Source: Naegleria gruberi
Taxonomy: Eukaryota
Length of the DNA: 64,000 nucleotides
Strand: one strand, 5' to 3'
Assembly: GCA_000004985.1 (NCBI GenBank)
Contig: GG738888.1
In this document: piece after piece, positions 55,992-64,000 of the stretch
Position numbering within the stretch: position 1 is the stretch's first letter
Layout: every line of letters starts with the position of its first letter
Translations under genes and position numbers: made by a program
Notes under the pieces: model-generated
Told to the model about the DNA's origin: nothing
Database searches by the model: none
The model's input: the letters and a program-made list of their open reading frames with translations, nothing else

Positions 55992-58649
55992 TTAGAATCT
56001 ATTCACAGCGTCAATAGCATCATCCCTATCAGAGTAAAATTGCACTTTTTCCCCAAAATTTTTGTTTGCTTCTTGGATGTATTTGTTAGATAAACTATCT
56101 TCTCGAATTAAATTTGGATTGAATTCTTGATATTCACTTAGAGAGATGGTCGAATAACAATCATTACCAATGCCATCGAAGTCTTTGGTGATTTTGCAAA
56201 CCGTAGATACCATACTATCTGAAGAGCATGAGGACATATTGTCAATATAATCATCATCCTCATCATCAGCTCCACTATTTGTGGTGAAGGTCTCAAATAG
56301 GTCAATACAGATAAATACATCTTTTGATAAATTTTCAATATTTTGAATATAGCAGTCATAAGAGTCATCTCTTAATAGGGCATTAAACTGGCTATGGCAT
56401 GAATTGAAAGGTCCAAACATTATTCCAAATTTATCCATTAAAGTCTTGTTAGATTGGAATGTGTTCAACATGTCATGATCTATCAATGTTGAGTGTTGAT
56501 AGTTACATAATTGAGAATGTGCATTGGCTGTTTTAAATGTTTCATTTACAAAGTTTTCACAAGCTTGTTGAAGCAACATTCTAGCATTTGGCAACCAAAT
56601 ACTACTACTTCTATAATCTTGTGAAACTTGATAGATGAGGTTATTAAATAGTTTTTTTGGAATGGTACACGATTCTGCTCTAGATGTAACCATTGCTTCA
56701 TCAAAATGTTCTTCTCTCATGTTGATTGTATGCATTTCCTGATTGTTTAACTTGGCCTTCTTTACACCATTTCTAGAAAGAAGTGAAATGAATGAGTCTT
56801 CACATGGAATTTCCTGCAAAGCCAATTCAGTATCCCAATCATCCGACTCGAAATAACGTACACAATCTTTCACATCAATTTGAGAGAAATTATGCATATC
56901 TTCATCGAAAACCAAAGGATCAAATCTTTTTCTTTTTAGAACATTGTGATCTTGCTCAATTTCTTTATATCTACCAATCAAGCTCGAATAAGACAATCCT
57001 TCCTCATATTCTTCATCACTAGAATAATCGTCAATGTTAGTTTCTGGGCAATAATCTACCATTTCAACAACGCAATGCTCGTTTAGAGGAACTGGATCAA
57101 ACTCTGAATCATATGAATAATCTATTTCATCCCCCTCTTGATGGTATGAGTCTGTATTGTATAAAACTTGGTTGGCTTCAAAATTTTCATTCTCCAAGCA
57201 CTTGAGCCCATATCTATCAGTAATAATTTTAAGAATGGCATCTTCCTCGTTTTTTCTTCCTCTAAGAATATTAAAGGTATTTTGTATGGCAAGGTAGAGA
57301 CTCGATTTTCTTGAAAAATGTTTGTGAAAAGGATTGGCCATATATTTGTTAATTAATATATCAACCATTTCAACATTGCTCATCAGGACAGCATAGTGAA
57401 GCACAGAAAACATAGAATGATCTGAAATATAAGATTTTGAGTATGAATTGAGGCTAATATTGCTAATATTAACATTTTGATTATCAAAATAATCCAAAAG
57501 TGTCTGTTTTGTCAAGGTAGAGTCCACACTCAAGCAATACTCAAGCAATGGAATGCTATTTATCCATACAGCAAAGTGTTGCAAGTAAAACCCATTCGAA
57601 GATAATGGAATAATTCTATTCAAAGAGGTTGTTCTCTCAAAATTGCACATTTTAGACCTTCTGTCAATAAATTTGAGCTTTTCTACACAAATTCCAAACT
57701 TTCTTAATTCCTCAAAAATATAAATAGAGCACACTTTCTCCTCTCCATTCGATAATTTGATATTGAGATGAGAAAAGTTCTCTGCTATGAACAAGATGAT
57801 CTGCCTAGGAATGGAATTATTCATCGTCTCCATTTCGAACCAAAAAACTGACATTTCATCCTTTAAAAAGGTTTCCTTTTTCATGTTCATTTCTAAAAAT
57901 TCATATAAATTTCTATTGAAAATATCTGAAAATTCTAACTCTGGCTTTGGTTGATCTCTCCAATTGGTCACTGTTTGAATTGCTGGTTCAAATAGTTTGT
58001 GGAAAAAAACAACAATAGAATAACCAATATTTCTCATTCCCAAATGCTCAATCATTTCCTTTCCAAGAGATATTTCCAATAATAATTGCAAAATACAAGA
58101 CCTATTGTCAATAGAATATGCCTCTATCCATTCTTCAACCAAATCATGAAGTTGAGGACCATCATCAAACAAGTCCAATTCAGAACGTGCCACTAAAAGA
58201 CCTCTAACCATGTAATTCCAATTATTATTTTTCTTGTAGCCTATAAATTGATTTCTGAGAGAATGTTGCAGTAAGCCATCAATAAATGTATGACTCTTAT
58301 AGAATTGACAATTTTCTGATTCATTATCACTTTCAGAATCATCATCGGAATTATCCTCCATGTTATTCTTGTTTTCCTGTGTAGGTTCTCTATCTACCAC
58401 CATCAAATCACCAGCTGATGAAGCCACACGTTGAGTCTTTGATTTTCTTTGGTGATAATCCTTCTTTAAATTGGCTGGATCTCGGATCGAGCACAAATCC
58501 AATAACAATGAGAATGTAGAAGCATTATCGAGCATTTCATATGTTGTTCTATTAATTTGTCTCCACACAATCAAGTCTCTAACAAAAGAATATGGCTCTG
58601 CAAAGTAGCCAAATATCAAACACATAATCTCCGGTGGTAATTGATACAT
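55992..58649 (-). CDS. F-box protein with ankyrin-like segment and acidic tracts
   Basis: 885 aa, ATG at 58649. N-terminal F-box LPPEIMCLIFGYFAEPYSFVRDLIVWRQI. An ankyrin-like HYAVLMSNVEMVDILINKYMANP. Several D/E/S-rich tracts. Confidence 0.5.
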   Translation of the reverse strand: MYQLPPEIMCLIFGYFAEPYSFVRDLIVWRQINRTTYEMLDNASTFSLLLDLCSIRDPANLKKDYHQRKSKTQRVASSAGDLMVVDREPTQENKNNMEDNSDDDSESDNESENCQFYKSHTFIDGLLQHSLRNQFIGYKKNNNWNYMVRGLLVARSELDLFDDGPQLHDLVEEWIEAYSIDNRSCILQLLLEISLGKEMIEHLGMRNIGYSIVVFFHKLFEPAIQTVTNWRDQPKPELEFSDIFNRNLYEFLEMNMKKETFLKDEMSVFWFEMETMNNSIPRQIILFIAENFSHLNIKLSNGEEKVCSIYIFEELRKFGICVEKLKFIDRRSKMCNFERTTSLNRIIPLSSNGFYLQHFAVWINSIPLLEYCLSVDSTLTKQTLLDYFDNQNVNISNISLNSYSKSYISDHSMFSVLHYAVLMSNVEMVDILINKYMANPFHKHFSRKSSLYLAIQNTFNILRGRKNEEDAILKIITDRYGLKCLENENFEANQVLYNTDSYHQEGDEIDYSYDSEFDPVPLNEHCVVEMVDYCPETNIDDYSSDEEYEEGLSYSSLIGRYKEIEQDHNVLKRKRFDPLVFDEDMHNFSQIDVKDCVRYFESDDWDTELALQEIPCEDSFISLLSRNGVKKAKLNNQEMHTINMREEHFDEAMVTSRAESCTIPKKLFNNLIYQVSQDYRSSSIWLPNARMLLQQACENFVNETFKTANAHSQLCNYQHSTLIDHDMLNTFQSNKTLMDKFGIMFGPFNSCHSQFNALLRDDSYDCYIQNIENLSKDVFICIDLFETFTTNSGADDEDDDYIDNMSSCSSDSMVSTVCKITKDFDGIGNDCYSTISLSEYQEFNPNLIREDSLSNKYIQEANKNFGEKVQFYSDRDDAIDAVNRF

Positions 58650-58973
58650 TTTTTATAATCCATTTTCAACTGAAAAGATAATCTATTTTACAACAACACT
58701 ATTTGTTTGCCCATCGTCATCATGCAAATTATTTTAGTTGCTTACTAAATTTTTGGTGTAGGCTGTAGTTGATTTTTTAATGATAAAATTTAAAATATTT
58801 ATTTAATTTAAAAAACCAAATGTAACGGCAAGCATTTCGATTGCAGAGATCATTCAGTGGTAGAGAAAAAAACCTCCGCAATACTTTCACTTATCAGTGT
58901 AGTAAACACAACATATTTCATAAGCCGCTTATCCTTTGAAGCAGCATCAGAAACTAACCATCAATCCATCACC

Positions 58974-59886
58974 ATGATTTTCAAAGGCTCACCCGTGTCA
59001 TCTTTTAGAAAAATAACAACCAACTACTTTTCTTCAGTTCATCATCACAACATTAATAATTTAATGATGACATCACAGCAGCCACACAGAAGGTTTTTCC
59101 AATTCAACCTCCAACTATTATCAAGTACATTATCGGCGAGGGTGGTAAAAACATTAAAGATATTCAAGAACGAAGCAAGTGCAAAGTGTCAATTAATAGT
59201 GCCAATAGTTCGGTTTTGATTAGTGGAGAAACGAGTGGCAATGTTGAAAATGGATGGAAATTGGTAGAGGAAACGATGAGGTCTTTCGGTTGGAGATATT
59301 CTCACGATTTGAAGGTTTTTCAAGAGGTCATTAATGAAGGTTTGTTTCTTTGGAATTTAAATTCAAAACATGTTATGGAAATAGCACAAAAACTATTTGC
59401 TGAGTTGGAGTCTAAAATTGAGCAGGAAGCAAATGAGATGGGTTCTTGTTTTGAAAAGTCACAAAAGGCCTTTAAACAAGACAAGAAGGCAGATGCCAAA
59501 AAGTGGAGTGATGAAGGAAAGAAACATCAGATACTGATGGAACAATACAGGAGAGAATCATCGGCAAAGATGTTAAATTTTGTGTAAGTATTCGCCTTTC
59601 GCTATTGGTTGAATTGACCACAAAATTACTACAAAGAAACAAGAATAATGGAGTTGAAGTGCTGGATTTACATGGACAATATTCTGAATTTGCTTTGGAT
59701 ATTCTGAAGAATAGAATAGCAGAGTTGAGAAAGAAACAAATTAAACAATTAACAGTAATTTATGGAGCTGGAAATCACTCAAACAAAAAGTATCCAATTA
59801 TCAAGAATTCTGTAACAACCTATCTCAAGAATCAAAGAATTTCTTACGAAGAAAGCAATGCTGGTCAACTAGTTGCAAAGATTTAA
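58974..59886 (+). CDS. KH - DUF1771 - Smr domain protein (N4BP2/Cue2-type Smr endonuclease architecture); exons ..59583, 59637..59886; 1-nt deletion frameshift ~59065-59095
   Basis: KH domain KVFPIQPPTIIKYIIGEGGKNIKDIQERSKCKVSI in the -1 frame relative to the upstream ATG (58974). DUF1771-like region ..EANEMG..KKADAKKWSDEGKKHQILMEQYRRESSAKMLNF. A 53-nt GTAAGT..CAAAG intron precedes the Smr domain VNKNNGVEVLDLHGQYSEFALDIL..LTVIYGAGNHS. Confidence 0.5.
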
Positions 59887-60660
59887 TCCTTTAAAGCTTT
59901 CTCAATATCTTTTGCAATAGAAAGAGGATCAGTTGTTGGAGCATATCTTCCAATTACTTTTCCTTCCTTATTGATGAGGAATTTGGTAAAGTTCCACTTG
60001 ATATTGGTTGATCCGAGAAATCCTCCAGGTCCTTCTTGCTTTAAGAATTGGTAAATTGGGTGAGCATTGTCACCATTCACTTCAATCTTCTCCATGATTT
60101 TGAAGGTTACTTTGAAACGATCTTTGGTGAATGCACAGATTTCTTCTGTGGAACCCTTTTCCTGATTGAAAGAGTTGGAAGGGAAGGCAATGACTTCAAA
60201 TTTGCCATCCTTCCCGTACTTGTCATATAATTCTTGTAGTCCCTCTAACAATATTTAATTAATAATATATATATTAATATGATTATCAAATTATTATATA
60301 ATATAATATATTCTACTTACTGTACTGAGGAGTAAAACCACAATTTGAAGCAACATTAACAATCAAGCACACTTTCCCTCTCATTTCACTCATACTGATG
60401 GTTTCACCAGTTTGTCCACTGGTAGCACTCAAGTCATAAAACTTTGATGATGCTTGTGCTTCATAGGACTGTTGAGTAGTATGAAAGTACATTAATGAGC
60501 ATCCTCCGACAATAGCTGTTGTGATGAGCTTGGTTGATAAAGTAGGATGGACAACAATACCATTCTTGCTATTATTGAAAGATTTGATAGAAGAAGAGGT
60601 TGATACTAGTGTTGATCGAATATGGCGACCACAATTTCGGATCAATTGATTTCTGAGCAT
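59883..60660 (-). CDS. glutathione peroxidase (Cys-type, PHGPx-like) with N-terminal extension; exons 60660..60321, 60244..59883
   Basis: [25 protein letters not shown]|[54 protein letters not shown] 76-nt GTAAGT..TTGTTAG intron; phase-1 join checked. ATG at 60660. About 75 aa of presequence-like N-terminus. Confidence 0.8.
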
Positions 60661-60760
60661 TTTGTTTTAAATTGATCAATCCCTATCATTGAAGTTCCAA
60701 CTAGTTATTGTGTTACAATCACAACTTCTTGTATTATGACGATTTTCCCACACAAAAAAA

Positions 60761-63700
60761 ATGGAGCAAAACCTAAAGAGAAGTCATGATGACATGGTTG
60801 AGAATGAGCAGAGATCTACTACCTTGTCCTCTGTTGATGCTAGTGTTCAAGAACCGGAAAGGAAAAAGATAAAAGCTAACAATGTTGAAGAACTTGTGGA
60901 GGAGACTAAATATTGGTATCATATTATTGCTAGTTTGGATAATGGTCCAGTTAATTATAAGAGTTTTGATCAATTAGAGAAGGGGCTCACAGATAGGGAA
61001 AAAGTGATTGAAAATATCAATCAATTATGGCATGTTCACAAAGCTAGATTGATTTTGGAAAGTTTGGATTTGTCCAATCCATATTGGAATGAAGATTGGT
61101 TCGAATTAACAAACAATGTTGGTGAATTACCAGATACTGAATATGAAGATGTCAAACTAAAAGATAAGGTTACAGCAGAGGAATTGGGACTAACAAGTGA
61201 AATATCCAAAGATCTACTCAAGGAATATATTAGTAAGAGAGAGGATATTGAATCACACAGCTTATTCTTGGTAGAAAAGCTGTTCAAGAAATGTTTGGTT
61301 CAATCTGTTGAAGAAATCACAGAAATGATAGACAAATGTATTGAAATAGATGAAAAGAATGTTGAGGTTTACTTTAGACAATTAATGGATTCAGATCTGC
61401 CTTATGATATGAGCTCCAGAAAGACAATTCTTGATCAATGGAGCAAGTACATTTTACCACAAATTGTGAAAACTCAAAATGAGTTGAATATGATAGATGA
61501 TCCAGTTAGTTTGTCAACAAACGAAGAATCCAAAACAGTTAGCAAGTTTGTACTTGAAAATGATAGTGAAGATACTGACGCCTTCTTACTGGAGACAATG
61601 CTCTTTGGAGATGAGGAACACATTAAAATAGTCAAGCAAGATGAAAAAGATGATGAAGAGGATTTCAACGATGATTACGTCCCTGATATCTTTTACTGCT
61701 CATATTTATTTGACATGGAGCTTCCTGACGAGAAGGGAAAAATAGGATCAAACTTTTTAGGATTATTGCATTGTGAGCACAACAATTCTAACGAAAACAT
61801 CTACCTTAAAATTATAGAAATTGTGATGAAAATGCATATGATTGGTGTTGCTCCTCAAGAACACCAGGAAATTGAGGTATCAGAATTGAGATTGGCAGTC
61901 TCTTTAATGATTTTGGATTGTCTTAACAAGGAGTTGACTTATTTGATTCTATCTCAGAGTAAAGAATCCACATACATGCTTTATAGACCATTAGTGAGAG
62001 CAATCCTTGACCAATTTATTGTTGACTATTGTAACCCAACCAAGTATGACAAGTATATGTTTGTGATATGCACAAATCCTGACATCCAACCAATGATAAA
62101 TGTCATGTTTGAAGAAGAGTCTGTAGTAGACACTGATAATTTAACATGGGATGTTGTGCAAACTCAAAGAGGTTCATGTTTAGATGAGGAAGAAGAAAAT
62201 AATGACGTACAACAATCAGTAAAAGAAAAACATCCTATTTGGGAGAGTACTGTCGACAAATTGAAGGAAAAATACTTTACACACCAAACAGAGGCACATT
62301 CTAAAATAAGTAGACAGAATTTGGATGATTCAATGTATATTACCTATTATACAGATAGAGACAATGCTATTAGTGAACCATTATCAAATCAAAATTTGGT
62401 TTCCTTTTACAGATATGTAAGTTTTCAAATATTCAAAATCTCTAAAACTTTTTAAAGGATTTTTTCGATTACAGTGAAGAACCATTTACCTATGAACAAA
62501 CAGCTGATAATCTGATTGAAAATAGATCAATAGATTGTTATTACAAGAATGATAAATCTCTACATCTGGATTTAACAAGATTATTGAGAAGAGGTGGTGT
62601 TGCATCATTTGATGAAGGACTACTTCTTGAGGCATATAGTACTTTGAAGAATTATATTTCACTCAGCTTGCAAACTCTTGAAGATATTTCTGAAGATGGC
62701 ATTGTTGAAGTAGATCATGTGGAAAAAGTTGCCAAACTACTGGCTATAAAAGGCGGTACTAATGGAAGAGAGTACATTCGTCTAGAACTTCCATACTATT
62801 ACAAACTAGACTATCAACAAGATACTCCAGTTGCAAAAGAGCTGGATGATGTCAGAGATTTAGAAGAAGATTTATTGAGAGGTACCGAAATTGTTGAACT
62901 TGAACCAGTTAGTGCTAGTACCAATCAAGAAATACCAGAGGGTTTAGGAAAGGATCTCTACAATGCTTTAAATAATGAACAATTTAGTTCATTGTGTGAT
63001 AGTTTTATTCAAACTGAGGATGGTGCCAAGGTTGGAGTTTTTACTCCAATCATTAAAGATAGATTACCAGAGTTTTATAGTCAATACTTTGATAGCGAAG
63101 AAAAGAGAAAGAACGGCCTTTGCATAACATCAGTACATTTTGAAGTTCAGGAGGGAGAACAATTAATCTTTGATGAAGTGGTTATCACCAAATGGTTGAC
63201 TTGCATTTATACTGGTATATTTGAAATCGAGTCTTCAGAAGAAGAGAAAAATATATTAACAATTGAGAAGTTATTGGCCAAATGGGTTCCAAGAGAAGAA
63301 GTCTCTTTGAAAGAACCAAAACATGAAACGCAACCACCACAAGCAACTGCTATAATGATAGACGAAAATGAGGAGGAGGATTCAGAAGAAGAATCAAGTG
63401 AGGAAGATTCAGAAGAAGAAAGCCAAGCTTATCAAGAAGAATCTGATTCAGACTCGGAAGAAGGCATATATAATTATAGTGATGAAGAAGAAGAATCCAT
63501 ATATTACAAAAAAATTAAAGAAGAAGAGGAAAAAACATTTAAATGTGAACCACTTTCTAGACTATTTCTTGATGAAGAAGGAAAGGATTTCTCTCTGGTT
63601 GTGAATAGCCATATAGTTAAAGTTCACAAGTACATTCTTAGCATTAGAAGCTCTTATTTCAAAGTACTATTTTTAGGAAATTTCTCTGACAAGAACATTT

Positions 63701-64000
63701 CAGAATATGATGTTTCAGATTTCTTAAAGAATCCACATTCGTTGGACTTGTTCGTCTACTTTTTGTACCACGACACGTTGGAGAATGAAAACTTTACACT
63801 AGAACATTATAAGTATCAAAATTTGATTGATTTGGAAGAATTTTCGCAATTTGTATTGTCTGAAAGATTGAAATCAGAATGCGTCTCGAAACTTATTAGC
63901 CATTCAACTTTGGAACAAACAGTTGAAATGTTAAGAACAAGTTTAGAAGCAAACAAGGAAGAAGTTTTCAACATTGCACATACCATCCTCCTCAAAACTC
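60761..64000 (+). CDS. large acidic protein with C-terminal BTB/POZ domain (partial; continues past window end); exons 60761..62416, 62458..>64000
   Basis: ATG at 60761. A 41-nt GTAAGT..TTAAAG intron joins ..LVSFYRY|DFFDYSEEPF... An acidic EEDSEEESSEEDSEEES tract. BTB-like DFSLVVNSHIVKVHKYILSIRSSYFKVLFLGNFSD at 63580-63700. The ORF is still open at 64000. Confidence 0.6.

Noticed and set aside
1-64000. Prokaryotic interpretation (operons, RBS-driven starts, defence islands, CRISPR)
   Set aside because: Many genes need GT..AG introns to restore conserved motifs. Class-II tRNA and 5S Pol III genes with T-run terminators are present. The domains are eukaryotic (F-box, BTB, RCC1, receptor TKL kinases, Nrap). 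No repeat-spacer arrays or phage, IS or integrase genes were seen.

Overview
This window is eukaryotic nuclear DNA, not prokaryotic. It is a compact, AT-rich protist genome with roughly one gene per 2 kb on both strands and very short GT..AG spliceosomal introns. Most of the 17 introns I could place are 31-53 nt; five are longer (70-~245 nt), and the longest inference (~245 nt, roadblock-like model) is tentative. It carries two Pol III tRNA genes and two dispersed 5S rRNA genes, and its domain repertoire (F-box, BTB, RCC1, TKL receptor kinases with EGF repeats, DUF4116, KH-Smr) is eukaryotic. The 5S sequence, poly-N/Q/T tracts and gene density look like an amoebozoan or dictyostelid-like social amoeba, but that is only an impression.

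I annotate about 33 protein genes, many with introns placed by hand. They include:
- a nucleolar Nrap homologue;
- two EGF-repeat receptor-like kinases;
- mitochondrial FAD glycerol-3-phosphate dehydrogenase;
- imidazolonepropionase (histidine degradation);
- a Cys-type glutathione peroxidase;
- a bacterial-type UDP-GlcNAc 2-epimerase fusion protein;
- a phytochelatin-synthase-like gene;
- a KH-DUF1771-Smr protein.

Two features stand out. The first is a tandem cluster of previously undescribed membrane tail-anchored STAND-like NTPases (NB-ARC/NACHT-like signal-transduction ATPases) at 21.1-26.2 kb: P-loop, Walker B hhhhDD, an hhhh(T/S)(S/T)(Q/R) sensor-1 and a GxP motif. It lies next to a receptor kinase. 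The second is a Golgi-anchored bacterial-type UDP-GlcNAc 2-epimerase fused to a DxD glycosyltransferase-like domain.

At least nine genes carry apparent net 1-2 bp deletions at homopolymer or low-complexity sites. I read these as assembly indel errors rather than pseudogenes.

The ORF track uses TTG/GTG/CTG starts. Where I could, I moved starts to the first ATG. Hand-counted coordinates may be off by 1-2 nt.
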